A stretch of 64,000 bases of DNA from assembly GCA_016183535.1 (NCBI GenBank), contig JACPEK010000004.1, positions 73,013 through 137,012 of the forward strand. Reading direction: 5' to 3'. This stretch comes from Candidatus Brennerbacteria bacterium (GTDB lineage Bacteria; Patescibacteriota; Minisyncoccia; UBA6257; GWB1-50-10). A model generated the notes under the pieces. It was not told the DNA's origin and searched no databases. It saw only the letters and a program-made list of their open reading frames with translations. A program made the translations under genes and the position numbers. Shown here piece by piece: positions 10,161 through 20,268 of the stretch; position 1 is the first letter of the stretch, and each line of letters starts with the position of its first letter.

Positions 10161-10705
10161 TGTTGGAGATTTATGTTTGTGATGACACTCTGTATGTCTT
10201 CGTGAGTTTCAAGCGTCTCGACGAGTTGAGTGAGTATGCGCGCGCCTTCGGGTGTGACGGTTTGCGGGAACCTCGCGTGCCACCCTCCGCCATCCTCGGG
10301 GGATTTCGATTCAAACGCCCAGCGGACACTTCCCGGTTCCGCCCATTTCGCGCCGCTGTTTTTAAGGATTGTTTTAATTTCCATAACGGTGCGATTTTTA
10401 CTGTCGGTGAGCGCTTCAATGAGAATCGCACTTCCCTCCGGGCCGTATGCCTCAAGGGTGAGCGCCTCGAGCGTGTCCGCGCCGCGCCGCGCGTGTTCCG
10501 TGGCGCGCGCGATGTTTTCGTTTGGCACTCCCGCCGCGCGCGCCTTCTCGATTACGGTGCGGAGCGTGGGGTTGAAGTTGGGGTTTGACTCGCTCCGCGC
10601 CGCGGCACTTACTGCGCGGAGAATTTTTGAGAACAAAGCGCCGCGCTTCTCGTCCGCCGCGCCTTTTTGCTCCTTAATTTGCTTCCAATGGCTGTGGCCG
10701 GCCAT
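10157..10705 (-). CDS. yebC: YebC/PmpR family transcriptional regulator
   Basis: MAGHSHWKQIKEQKGAADEKRG start is diagnostic of the YebC family. Confidence 0.85.
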   Translation of the reverse strand: MAGHSHWKQIKEQKGAADEKRGALFSKILRAVSAAARSESNPNFNPTLRTVIEKARAAGVPNENIARATEHARRGADTLEALTLEAYGPEGSAILIEALTDSKNRTVMEIKTILKNSGAKWAEPGSVRWAFESKSPEDGGGWHARFPQTVTPEGARILTQLVETLETHEDIQSVITNINLQQ

Positions 10706-10790
10706 AGCGATAAATCCTAAATCCGAGACTCTAAATTCTAAACAAGCTCTGAATCTTAAATTCCAAAAATTTGAACTTACAATCTCGGAT

Positions 10791-11963
10791 TCATTCAGAG
10801 TTTAGAGTTTGGAATTTGGTGTTTTCGCGCGTAAGCGGGAGCGAGATCGTAAAGGTGGTGCCGCGATTTTCCTCCGATTCGACCGTAATCGTGCCGCCGT
10901 GTCCCTCCACGATATTTTTTGCGATATAGAGCCCAAGGCCGCTTCCATTCGGTTCCGCTTGAATGGCGTTTGAACCGCGCTCGAGTTTTTGGAACAATTT
11001 TCGCTCCTCGTTTTTCGGAATGCCTATACCCGTGTCGGCGACGGAAATTTTGGCCTGTGTAGCCTCCCGCGAGAGACTCACCGTTACCCTTCCGCCTTTT
11101 ACGTTATAACGGACGGCGTTATCAAGAAGGTTTGAAATTGCCGCACCGAGGCGCGAAGGATCAATGAAAACCGGAACCGCGGCGACCCCCACGTGGTTGA
11201 AAAGAATGGTAACGCCGTATTGCGTCGCGATAGGCGTGAGGACGGCAATGAGGGAGTCGAGAAATACCACAAGATCAACTTCCTCATATTCGAAACCAAA
11301 CCTGCCCTCTTCCATTTTCGCGGCATCGAGAAAATCATTCACGATTTTAAGACATCGGTCAGTGAGCGCCCGCGCCTCTTTGAGAATTTCGTTAACTCCT
11401 TCTTTTGTTGTGATTCCGTCCGCGCTCTCAAGCGACCATTTAAGCGCGGTGAGGGGTGTGCGGAGTTGGTGGGCGGCGACGCCGACGAACTCGCTCCGCG
11501 CCGCGAACGCGTCTTTTAGGCGCGTTTCATCACGTACGATCTTAAGGAAAAAAAAGGGTATTCCCGAGCTTCCCGGCAAACGGATGGTGTAGGCGACAAA
11601 TTCCCGCGTTGGATTGTCGAATGCGAGTGAAACCACCTGTGGCCACGCGCCCGGTTCTGACCGCTCCGCGCTTGCGGGCGCGAGTGACGGGAAAAGTGTT
11701 TGAACGAGTAAGCGATAATGAGGTTTCTCCGCCCCGCCGGGATCAATGCGCATGCCCTCAATCTCTTCGCGCCGGACGCCGAAAAGCGCTTCCGCCGCGC
11801 GATTCAGCGAATGTATTTTGAAGTCCGCGTCGTATCGTATGGCGGCGTCGGGAAAATCGCGCAAAACGATATCGAGCGCGTCGTCGGCGCGCTTCGCACC
11901 GACCGATCGCGCAAAAAAAGTCCCCTTCATGCGTTTGAGAAACAAACGAAATTGTTGCCACAT
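10791..11963 (-). CDS. sensor histidine kinase (PAS + HisKA + HATPase_c), orphan
   Basis: H-box AAHQLRTPL, N/G1/G2 boxes (DTGIGIP, GSGLGL). No adjacent response regulator. Confidence 0.8.
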   Translation of the reverse strand: MWQQFRLFLKRMKGTFFARSVGAKRADDALDIVLRDFPDAAIRYDADFKIHSLNRAAEALFGVRREEIEGMRIDPGGAEKPHYRLLVQTLFPSLAPASAERSEPGAWPQVVSLAFDNPTREFVAYTIRLPGSSGIPFFFLKIVRDETRLKDAFAARSEFVGVAAHQLRTPLTALKWSLESADGITTKEGVNEILKEARALTDRCLKIVNDFLDAAKMEEGRFGFEYEEVDLVVFLDSLIAVLTPIATQYGVTILFNHVGVAAVPVFIDPSRLGAAISNLLDNAVRYNVKGGRVTVSLSREATQAKISVADTGIGIPKNEERKLFQKLERGSNAIQAEPNGSGLGLYIAKNIVEGHGGTITVESEENRGTTFTISLPLTRENTKFQTLNSE

Positions 11964-11976
11964 GGTGTTGAGGGCG

Positions 11977-14451
11977 CTAATCGCGCGTGAGTGGTTGCAT
12001 ATTTCCCCAGTCGGAACCGACGTTTACTTCCACGCGGAGCGGCACAGAAAGAACCGCGACGGATTCCATGCAAGCTTTTATCCGAACACTGATTACTTTG
12101 AGCATACCGCGTGGCGCCTCGAAGAGCAATTCGTCATGAATAGAGAGGATCATGCGGGTTTTTTCCCATCGTTCCCGCTTGATGAGCGCCGCAGTTTTTC
12201 TCATTGCCGTCTTAATAATGTCCGCGCCAAGCGATTGGAGAGGCATATTGATGGCGGCGCGTTCCGTTTCGCCGGCGCGTCCGCGCGACACACGCGGAAA
12301 CCACCGGCGCCGCCCGTTTTCGTTTGTCACATACCCTTTTGTTTTTGCCTCTTCTTTCACGCGCTCTTGCCATTCCCGCACGCGCGGAAATTGCCGGAAA
12401 TATTCTTCCATAAACCGCCGCGCTTCGGTGATTGAAAATCCGCTCGCCGCCGCGAATGCGCGAGCTCCCATGCCGTACACAATCCCGAAATTTAATGTTT
12501 TTGCGGTCCGGCGCATGGCGGGCGTGACAGCGGATGGAGGGATTTTAAAAACTTTTCCGGCAGTGAGTTGGTGTATATCTTTTCCCTCGTCGAACGCGCG
12601 CCGCAACGCCATGTCATCCGCCGCGTGCGCGAGGAGTCGGAGTTCCAATTGGGAATAATCGAAGGAAACAAGCGCGGCGCCGCGCGGCGCCGCAAACGCG
12701 CTCCGGAGGGCAGGCGCCCATTTTGATTCATGGGGGATGTTCTGAAGGTTTGGGTTCGACGAGGCGAGACGCCCGGTTGCGGTTCCGGTTTGGAGAAAAG
12801 AGGTATGAACGCGGCCGTCCTCGGCGATTGCCGCGGCGAGTGGCTCAACAAAACTTGAGAAGATTTTGAAAGTTTCGCGGTATTCGAGAATAAGGGGAAC
12901 GATAGGGTGTGCGTCGCCGAGTTCTTCAAGAACGGTTTTTCCGGTGCGGCGCTGACCAGTCCGTGTTTTCTTGTTTTTTTCCCCGACGATTCGAAGTTTT
13001 TCAAAGAGTGTGTTCGCGACCTGCCGAGGAGAATTTATATTAAAAGGTCCGCCCGCCGCGCGGTAGACGGCTTCCTCAATTCTTACGAGGTCGTTGCGCA
13101 TGGCGCGCGCGAGACGCTCGAGCGCCTCGCGGCGCAGAAGGATGCCCGTGTTTTCCATCTCCGCGAGCACAGGGATCAGAGGCATCTCGATTTCGCGGGC
13201 GACTCGCATGAGTCCGTACGCGGAAAGTTTTTCATTAAGAACCGCGTAGAGTACCGCATCGTCCGCGGAACGTCCCGCAAGAAAGCGGGCGAAGAGCGTT
13301 TCGCGCGAGAAATCTTTCTGTTCGGGATCAATAATCCATCCCGCCACAGAGAGATCAAAGAGGGGATCTCGTATGTTGAGGGCGCGATCGCCGAGGATTT
13401 TCAGTATCTCTTTCCATCCGTACGCGATTTTTTCGCCGGGCATCGAAAGTGCCGCGAGTCGGGCGCGCGCATCCTCCGCGTTTTTAACGAACACCGCATC
13501 GGGCGGAAATCCCCCGCTTTCGGAAATCCTCGGCGTCACGTGTTCCGGAAGCCGTACGGAGCCAAGCAAACTCTCAAATCCCAGGTCTGCGAAGTAGGGA
13601 GCGAGGGTGTTTTCGGAAGTGCCGGCGAAGCGCCCGTCCTCGAGAGCGACATCGACGGGAACCGCGGTGTCTATCGTGGCGAGTTTTTTCGAGAACCGCG
13701 CGTCCTCGCGATGAGCGGCGACTATTTTTACAAAGCGAACCTGGACGTCGGCGCGCGCGGCGACCGTTTCCACTCCCTCGTTTTCAATAGCTTGGAAGAT
13801 GCTTTCAATGTCGCCGTAGGCGCGCACAAGTTTCAAGGCGCTCGTTTCCCCGACCCCGAGAACTCCCGGTATGTTATCCGAAGCGTCGCCCATAATGCCT
13901 TTAAGGTCGGGCACGTGTTCAGGTCCGAAGCCGTAGCGGTTCCGCACCGCCGCCTCGTCGTATATTACCGTTTCCGACACGCCCTTTTTAAAAGTTTCGA
14001 CGGCGACGGAAGGGTCCCGTACCAACTGGAGGGCGTCGAGATCCCCGGTGAGTATAGTAACCACCGCTCCTTGTTTGGAGAAGCGGGCGGCGAGTGTGCC
14101 GATAATGTCGTCCGCTTCCGCTTTCGGGAACTCCACAACACAGACGCCGAATGCGCGGAAGAGCTCGCGCGCTTCTACAAGTTGAGACACCAACTCGTCA
14201 GGCGCTTTCGGTCGGTGAGCTTTGTAATCTGCGAAGGTATCTTTCCGAAATGTTGGCTCGGGACGGTCGAATGCTCCGAAAGCGTGTGTGAACCGCTCTC
14301 GCTTCGCTATCTTGAGGAGTATACGGGCGATTCCGTAGAGCGCGCCGGTTGGTTGTCCCTTGGGCCCCGAGAGCGGCGGGAGCGCGTGAAATGCCCGGTG
14401 GATCAAAGCGTGTGCGTCGATGATGAGTACGGAGGCGGGAGGGGAACCCAT
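11977..14451 (-). CDS. polA: DNA polymerase I
   Basis: 5'-3' exonuclease N-terminus and family A polymerase motifs (DYSQIELR, KxxxFGxxYG). 824 aa. Confidence 0.9.
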   Translation of the reverse strand: MGSPPASVLIIDAHALIHRAFHALPPLSGPKGQPTGALYGIARILLKIAKRERFTHAFGAFDRPEPTFRKDTFADYKAHRPKAPDELVSQLVEARELFRAFGVCVVEFPKAEADDIIGTLAARFSKQGAVVTILTGDLDALQLVRDPSVAVETFKKGVSETVIYDEAAVRNRYGFGPEHVPDLKGIMGDASDNIPGVLGVGETSALKLVRAYGDIESIFQAIENEGVETVAARADVQVRFVKIVAAHREDARFSKKLATIDTAVPVDVALEDGRFAGTSENTLAPYFADLGFESLLGSVRLPEHVTPRISESGGFPPDAVFVKNAEDARARLAALSMPGEKIAYGWKEILKILGDRALNIRDPLFDLSVAGWIIDPEQKDFSRETLFARFLAGRSADDAVLYAVLNEKLSAYGLMRVAREIEMPLIPVLAEMENTGILLRREALERLARAMRNDLVRIEEAVYRAAGGPFNINSPRQVANTLFEKLRIVGEKNKKTRTGQRRTGKTVLEELGDAHPIVPLILEYRETFKIFSSFVEPLAAAIAEDGRVHTSFLQTGTATGRLASSNPNLQNIPHESKWAPALRSAFAAPRGAALVSFDYSQLELRLLAHAADDMALRRAFDEGKDIHQLTAGKVFKIPPSAVTPAMRRTAKTLNFGIVYGMGARAFAAASGFSITEARRFMEEYFRQFPRVREWQERVKEEAKTKGYVTNENGRRRWFPRVSRGRAGETERAAINMPLQSLGADIIKTAMRKTAALIKRERWEKTRMILSIHDELLFEAPRGMLKVISVRIKACMESVAVLSVPLRVEVNVGSDWGNMQPLTRD

Positions 14452-14460
14452 AGGTGTGTA

Positions 14461-14934
14461 TTACCGCGCCGCGAATCTGAACATACGGATTGAGGAGCGG
14501 CGCGCTACGTTTCTCGAGGGGTGGCGGAGAAAAATCCAAATCGCGGGATGGGGAATCGCGGCGCGAATACGGTCGGCCCACTCGACCAGGAAGAGATTTT
14601 GCGGGTTACGCAGATCCTCAAAAAATCCGAGCGGCGCGAGCGTTTTCTTTTTCGCGTTCCGCAGGCGGTAGGCATCAGCGTGGAAGAGGTTTTGGTAGTA
14701 GTTGTTCTTGAGAGGGTATCGGCGCACGAACACGAAGGTAGGACTCGGAAGGTTTCGCCGGACGCCCATCGCGCGTGCGAACGCCTGCGTAAAAAGAGTT
14801 TTTCCCACCCCGAGCGATCCCTCAAGCGCGATCACGGTGGCGTGAGGGAAACGGAGCGGACGGCGGAGAAGCTCTTTCGCGAGCGCTTCGGCGAAAAGGC
14901 GGGTGGTGCGAGGCGACGAAGAAACAAGGCGCAT
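14461..14934 (-). CDS. tsaE: tRNA threonylcarbamoyladenosine biosynthesis protein TsaE
   Basis: P-loop LEGSLGVGKT, about 155 aa, TsaE/YjeE-like. Confidence 0.65.
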   Translation of the reverse strand: MRLVSSSPRTTRLFAEALAKELLRRPLRFPHATVIALEGSLGVGKTLFTQAFARAMGVRRNLPSPTFVFVRRYPLKNNYYQNLFHADAYRLRNAKKKTLAPLGFFEDLRNPQNLFLVEWADRIRAAIPHPAIWIFLRHPSRNVARRSSIRMFRFAAR

Positions 14935-14941
14935 GATGGAG

Positions 14942-16033
14942 TTAAACGAGCGAAGGGTGCGGAGGGAGGCCGAGGTGAAGGTAGGCGTCTTTTGTCGCCA
15001 CGCGCCCCGCAGGCGTGCGATGAAGAAAACCCATTTTCATAAGAAAAGGTTCGTACACGTCCTCAATTGTTCCCGGGTCTTCATTCAGGGCGGCGGCGAG
15101 CGCTTTGAGTCCCACCGGCCCCCCGTTCCATTTTGTGATGAGCGTGCGGAGGAGACCGCGATCCGTTTCTTCGAGCCCGAGCGAATCTATCTCGAACATA
15201 GCGAGGCACGCTTCTGCGGTAGTTTCGTCCACCCTGCCCGCGCCGTGTATCTCCGCATAATCTCTCGCGCGTTTGAGGAGTCGGTTCGCGGTGCGTGGAG
15301 TGAAGCGTGCCGCGCGGGCGAGGAGCGTGCGTGCGCCGGAGGTGAGGGGAATTCCGATGATTTCCGCGGAGCGCGCGAGAATACGTTCGATATCTTCAGG
15401 CTCGTAGTAATCGAGGCGGAAAGTGGCGCCGAAGCGCGAACGCAAGGGCGCCGAGAGGAGATTGACCCGTGTGGTGGCCGCGATGATGGTAAAAGAAGGG
15501 AGGTCGAGTGAAAACGCGCGCGCGGAGGGGCCCTTTCCCATCACTAAATGGAGGGTGCGAGCTTCCATTGCGGGGTAGAGTATTTCTTCGGCGAGCTTGT
15601 TTACGCGGTGCGCTTCATCAATGAAGAGAATGTCGTGCGTCTCGAGATTCGAGAGGATGGCGGCGATGTCGCCGGCCTTTTCAAGCGCGGGTCCCGCGGT
15701 CACGTGCACGCGGGCGCCGGTTTCGTGCCCGATGAGATGCGCGAGCGTGGTTTTTCCGAGACCAGCTTGGCCGTAGAAGAGGAGATGATCAGGGGCTTCG
15801 CCCCGATGCTTTGCGGCTTCGATGATGAGGCGGAGATTCCGTTTTACTTTTTCCTGGCCGATGTATTCCTCCCAGCGGGAAGGACGGAGCGCGAGTTCAA
15901 GCGGCCCCCCGTCCGGGGTGGGAGTGGATGGCGTGGGGATATCTTTCTTTTGCATACGGTATGAATAGCGTCTACAATCGCGTTCGGGCTTGTCGGTTGG
16001 TTTGGCGGGGTATGCGCCGGCCGCAATTGACAT
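14942..16033 (-). CDS. ruvB: Holliday junction branch migration helicase RuvB
   Basis: GQAGLGKTTLA Walker A. RuvB AAA+ and winged-helix region. Confidence 0.9.
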   Translation of the reverse strand: MSIAAGAYPAKPTDKPERDCRRYSYRMQKKDIPTPSTPTPDGGPLELALRPSRWEEYIGQEKVKRNLRLIIEAAKHRGEAPDHLLFYGQAGLGKTTLAHLIGHETGARVHVTAGPALEKAGDIAAILSNLETHDILFIDEAHRVNKLAEEILYPAMEARTLHLVMGKGPSARAFSLDLPSFTIIAATTRVNLLSAPLRSRFGATFRLDYYEPEDIERILARSAEIIGIPLTSGARTLLARAARFTPRTANRLLKRARDYAEIHGAGRVDETTAEACLAMFEIDSLGLEETDRGLLRTLITKWNGGPVGLKALAAALNEDPGTIEDVYEPFLMKMGFLHRTPAGRVATKDAYLHLGLPPHPSLV

Positions 16034-16268
16034 TTTATTTCCTTTATGCTAGTATCTCAAAGGAAAATTGTACGGTGAGACCTGTGGGCATTCGGATACT
16101 TCTGTAGACCACGTAAGGACGTTTCGGCTTCGGCGGGGGCGTTCCTCAGGAAGATCCCCCCTCTTTGCGCGTAGCGCGAGGAGTTTTAAAACCATTCCCT
16201 GGTTTTGCGCCCACAGATCCCGCCGCCCAATTTTTTCTTTCGCGCTCCGGATTTTTACGCCGGAGCGC

Positions 16269-17948
16269 TTACGTTTCATTAGGCCACGAGAGCGGCCCCG
16301 TCACCCGTTCCACTTCTTCGAATGAAGTGATGCCGCGGAGCACCTTGAGTATGCCGTCTTCCTGTATTGTAGTCATTCCCTCATCGCGTGCCAAGCGCGC
16401 AAGTTCCAATTCCGTCGGATTTTTGTAAATCACCGCTTCCATCGCCTCCGTGACGGGGAAAAGTTCAAAAATCGAAGTACGCCCGCGGTATCCGAGGTTT
16501 TTACAGTCCGGACATCCTTTCGGAGCGAAGACGGTGGGGTGCGCGTAGGGCGTGCGGTCTACGCGTGCAGGGAGTTTTTTCAAAAATCGCTTAATTTGAT
16601 CCTCCTCTTCTTTTGAAACCGCGACCGGCGCGCGGCACGTTGGACACAGCGCGCGCACGAGGCGTTGCGCGATTACGAGGGAGAGCGCGGGTCCCAGGGT
16701 TTGTGCGGGAACTCCAAGGTCCAAGAGCCGCGGAACGGCCCCCACCGCGTCATTCGTATGAAGCGTGGAGAATACAATGTGGCCGGTCAGGGAGGCGTTC
16801 AAGGCAATCTCGGCGGTTTCTTTGTCGCGAATTTCGCCGACCAGGATGATGTTCGGATCCTGCCGTAAAATAGCGCGCAGACCCGACGCGAAGGTGTAGC
16901 GAGCGTCAGGATCCACTTGAGTTTGAGAAATACCCGGGAGGTGATACTCGATCGGATCTTCGACGGTAATGATTTTTATCTCTGGGCGCCATACGTGTTT
17001 TAAAAAAGCATAGAGGGTGGTGGTTTTACCACTTCCGGTGGGGCCGGTGTTCAACACGAGGCCATTTGGTTTTTTTACCTCGTCTTTTACAATCGCGAGA
17101 TCGTCCGGGCGCCATCCGAGCGCTTCGAGATCTACTTTGAGCGCGTTCGGGTCGAGTATGCGCATGACCGCCGTTTCCCCATATTCGGAAGGTATGATCG
17201 AGGTACGCACCTCGATGTCGCGATCTTCAAGATCGATGGTGAAGCGGCCGTCCTGGGGTTCTGTGGTTACGTTGAGTTTCAAATTTGAGAGAAGTTTCAC
17301 TCTTGTGATAAGGGAGTGATAAGTGTGCGCCACGAAGCCGTCGAAGGCGGCATAGAGAAGTCCGTCGAGCCGGTAGCGGAGCGCGCCGCCGCTCTCGCGC
17401 GGTTCAAGGTGGATGTCGGACGCACCGAGCGCCAAGGCGCCGGCGACCACAATTTCCAAAATCTCCGAGGTGAGAGAACTTTTCCACTCCGTGATCGCGT
17501 GTCTCACCTCTTCGAGGGTTCCTACATGACCCGTGAGTTCCTCAAGGCGTGCGTGGTCGATTTGCACCTTGCCGCTGATTTCATGTTCTTCCGTCGGTAC
17601 GTATTGATAGTAGTTCCAGACGTGCGCAAGGGAAGCGATTGAGGTTACGACAACCTGTACCGTGTGCGACCCGCGGAGGCGCTCAATAATCGCTTTCGTT
17701 TCCGGTTTCTCGGGGTTGAACGCCGCGACGAGAAGTTTTTTGCCTACAGATTGTACGGGTACCACAAGCGCTTCACGAGATTCCGCTTCAGAGACGAAGC
17801 GTATGGCCTTGATCTCGGTCGGCACCTTCACGGAAACGAGGTTGAGATAGGGGAGTTTCAAGGCCGCCGCGCGCCGCTTCGCGTCGGCCTCCTCCGCATC
17901 CCTGCGGTACTGCGCGAGTTTTTCTTCAAGCGCTTTCGTTTGGAACAT
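16269..17948 (-). CDS. type II secretion / type IV pilus assembly ATPase (GspE/PilB family)
   Basis: Walker A GPTGSGKTTT. GspE signature and tetracysteine motif (CPTC...CPDC). Confidence 0.85.
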   Translation of the reverse strand: MFQTKALEEKLAQYRRDAEEADAKRRAAALKLPYLNLVSVKVPTEIKAIRFVSEAESREALVVPVQSVGKKLLVAAFNPEKPETKAIIERLRGSHTVQVVVTSIASLAHVWNYYQYVPTEEHEISGKVQIDHARLEELTGHVGTLEEVRHAITEWKSSLTSEILEIVVAGALALGASDIHLEPRESGGALRYRLDGLLYAAFDGFVAHTYHSLITRVKLLSNLKLNVTTEPQDGRFTIDLEDRDIEVRTSIIPSEYGETAVMRILDPNALKVDLEALGWRPDDLAIVKDEVKKPNGLVLNTGPTGSGKTTTLYAFLKHVWRPEIKIITVEDPIEYHLPGISQTQVDPDARYTFASGLRAILRQDPNIILVGEIRDKETAEIALNASLTGHIVFSTLHTNDAVGAVPRLLDLGVPAQTLGPALSLVIAQRLVRALCPTCRAPVAVSKEEEDQIKRFLKKLPARVDRTPYAHPTVFAPKGCPDCKNLGYRGRTSIFELFPVTEAMEAVIYKNPTELELARLARDEGMTTIQEDGILKVLRGITSFEEVERVTGPLSWPNET

Positions 17949-18057
17949 CGCTTCTATTATAGCGCGCCAGGGTTGTATATTCGCTTGCGCGCGCAGGAAT
18001 TTGACTATTTTTGAATGTAGTGGTATAGTTAAACGAGCAAAATTGAAAGGAAAAGTT

Positions 18058-18438
18058 ATGAAACATCACTTTCTTGCGGCCGCACTTGTTGTGGGCATGT
18101 GTGGATGCGCGAGCGTGAAAGAGTTTTTCACCACCGCACCGGATCAGGGTGTTGTGGTGACAAATACCATTCCCGACTCCTACGCCTTCGTCATAAAGCG
18201 AGGAGTGGGAGGGGAGGCTCAAGTTTTCGGGAAACTCAAGGTGGGGATGGACTGTTTTGTCCCCGCCTCATACTATCCCGACTCGCAAACCTTCGCCGTC
18301 ATCGTCCACGTTTACACGATGGACGGCGGACATATAGGTTCGAGAACTCGACTTTTTTCTTTCTCAAACCCGCGCGGTCGTTCCTATCGGAACGAGGTGT
18401 GGGACGTGAGGAAGTCCGACCTTCTCAAGGGTGATTAA
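18058..18438 (+). CDS. small secreted/lipoprotein-like hypothetical
   Basis: MKHHFLAAALVVGMCGCAS signal with Cys. The track ORF starts earlier at 18001. Confidence 0.35.
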   Translation: MKHHFLAAALVVGMCGCASVKEFFTTAPDQGVVVTNTIPDSYAFVIKRGVGGEAQVFGKLKVGMDCFVPASYYPDSQTFAVIVHVYTMDGGHIGSRTRLFSFSNPRGRSYRNEVWDVRKSDLLKGD

Positions 18439-19402
18439 TTTTTTCGCTCCGCCCGCGTTCTTCCGAACGCGGGTTTTTGTTTTTTGCCATCAGACGCGCG
18501 ACCCGCTACCTTATAAGCGTATGGTTATTGTCCTTTTTGGTCCCGATTCTTATCGCCGCGCTTTGAAGGCGCGAGAACTCGTAGCCGCCTATCGAGCAAA
18601 ACATCCCCTCGCCGACCTTCTTGCGGTGGATCTCGAGGACGATCCTGATTCGTGGCGGACCGCCCGCGATTTTTTGAAACAACCTTCAATGTTCACGGAT
18701 TCGAAGGTGCTCGTGGTGCGCGAACCCGCCGTAGCGGAGGAAAAAAGTTGGATTGGCGCGCTCGAAGCCATAGTAGCGGCGCAGGGCGCTGTGGCGATAC
18801 TCTCTTCCGAAAAAGATCCCGCAAATACGTTCCGGTTTCTCGATAGTCGCGAGGTCGAGCGCCAGGAATTCAAAGAGCTCGACGGGCGGATTTTGGAAAT
18901 GTTCGTCGCGCGCGAGGCGAAGGCTCGTGGCATTGTTTTGAGCGCGGGGGCGCTCCGTTTTTTTCTCGCACACCTTGAAGCGTTTCCTCTGCGGAGCGCG
19001 CGAGCGCGGACAGAACTCGACCTTATCAGAATGACGGGATTTCCCCTTCCCGTCCTCGAGGAGCATCTCGCACGGCTCACCGCATGGCTTCCCTCGAGAG
19101 AAATTTATGCCGGCGCACGCGCGATTTTTGGGGAAGCTTCCCCACTCGCGCGCCTCGCGGCGCTCGAGCGGCTTCTTGTGGATGGGGAACCCGCCGCAAA
19201 AATTTTTAACTTTCTCGGATATCTTGCTTCCGGCGCGCCCGCCGCCGCGCTTGCGGGGTACGACGTCGCGGTGAAAAGCGGAAAATTGGAATACGAGGAA
19301 GCGCTCACCGATTTTGCGATGAGCTTATCCGTCGGACGGTCAAACGCCACCGGATCGTCCGCGGTCAGCCGCGCGGAAACTTTCTTGCAAGACGCGATTT
19401 AA
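18431..19402 (+). CDS. DNA polymerase III delta subunit-like (HolA-like)
   Basis: N-terminus VIVLFGPDSYRRALKARELV resembles HolA. Weak. Confidence 0.45.
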   Translation: MINFFAPPAFFRTRVFVFCHQTRDPLPYKRMVIVLFGPDSYRRALKARELVAAYRAKHPLADLLAVDLEDDPDSWRTARDFLKQPSMFTDSKVLVVREPAVAEEKSWIGALEAIVAAQGAVAILSSEKDPANTFRFLDSREVERQEFKELDGRILEMFVAREAKARGIVLSAGALRFFLAHLEAFPLRSARARTELDLIRMTGFPLPVLEEHLARLTAWLPSREIYAGARAIFGEASPLARLAALERLLVDGEPAAKIFNFLGYLASGAPAAALAGYDVAVKSGKLEYEEALTDFAMSLSVGRSNATGSSAVSRAETFLQDAI

Positions 19403-19625
19403 GCCGACGAGCTTTGTTTTTTTTGATAAAGCCCACCTTCGCCATTTTGTCAAGTTTTTGGTAGGCGTTCGCAAGCGCAACCCTCGCCGCCGCGCGATCA
19501 CCATCTTCGAGTTTTTGTTTATACTGCTTTACCGCAACCCGTGCTTGCGCCTTGCGGGAGAGATTTCTCGTGCGTCTCCGCGTGTTTTGCCGGAGAGCTT
19601 TTTTTGCCGTTCGCGTTCGTGGCAT
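19365..19625 (-). CDS. rpsT: 30S ribosomal protein S20
   Basis: Basic 86-aa protein; S20-like start (MPRTRTAKKALRQNTRRRTRN). Confidence 0.8.
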   Translation of the reverse strand: MPRTRTAKKALRQNTRRRTRNLSRKAQARVAVKQYKQKLEDGDRAAARVALANAYQKLDKMAKVGFIKKNKARRLKSRLARKFPRG

Positions 19626-19680
19626 ATTGGTTTATTAAAGCGGACGAGCGAAACGAGGTCAAGTTGTCTATAATAGTGCC

Positions 19681-20268
19681 GTGATTCGATTGTTGCGCGG
19701 CACACTTATTGAAATACAGGAGCACGCGGCCGTCGTTGATTGCCACGGCGTAGGATTTGCGGTGCTCGCGAATCGTGGCACACTTGCCGCGCTTCCGCCG
19801 AAGGGGAGCGAGGTGGCGTTTTACACCCATTTTTATCTACGCGAGGAGCGCGCGGAACTTTACGGGTTCTTGGACTCGCGCGCGCTCACACTTTTCGAGC
19901 TTTTGAAGTCGGTGGCGGGCGTGGGGCCGAAAACCGCGCTCGCGGTCCTGGACGCCGAGACACCCGAAAACCTCACGGCGGCGATCTTTGAGCGCCGCAC
20001 CGATCTTCTCACGAAGACGCCCGGCATCGGGAGGAAAACGGCGGAGCGCATCGTGCTTGAGCTCGCGACGAAGATCGCGGCGCCCGCGTCGCAAGAGCGC
20101 ACCGCCGCCATGGACCGCGACCGCGAAGTAGAGGAGGTGCTCGCGAGCTTGGGATATGCCCGCGACCAAGTGAAACAAGCCATCTCCTCGCTCCCTCCCG
20201 CAAAAGAGGCGACCACAGAGCATCGCATTCGTGACGCTTTGAAAACACTTGCGCGACGGCCGCTATGA
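19681..20268 (+). CDS. ruvA: Holliday junction DNA helicase RuvA
   Basis: MIRLLRGTLIE start, HhH motifs. Confidence 0.85.
   Translation: MIRLLRGTLIEIQEHAAVVDCHGVGFAVLANRGTLAALPPKGSEVAFYTHFYLREERAELYGFLDSRALTLFELLKSVAGVGPKTALAVLDAETPENLTAAIFERRTDLLTKTPGIGRKTAERIVLELATKIAAPASQERTAAMDRDREVEEVLASLGYARDQVKQAISSLPPAKEATTEHRIRDALKTLARRPL

Noticed and set aside
12907-14493. Long opposite-strand ORFs (for example 12907..14493+, 4363..5187-, 46330..47229+, 52627..53619-, 39832..40686-)
   Set aside because: Each lies entirely antisense to a strongly supported conserved gene (polA, dnaA, rnj, rny, CaCA). They have Arg/Gly/Pro-rich composition and no motifs, typical of GC-rich antisense frames.
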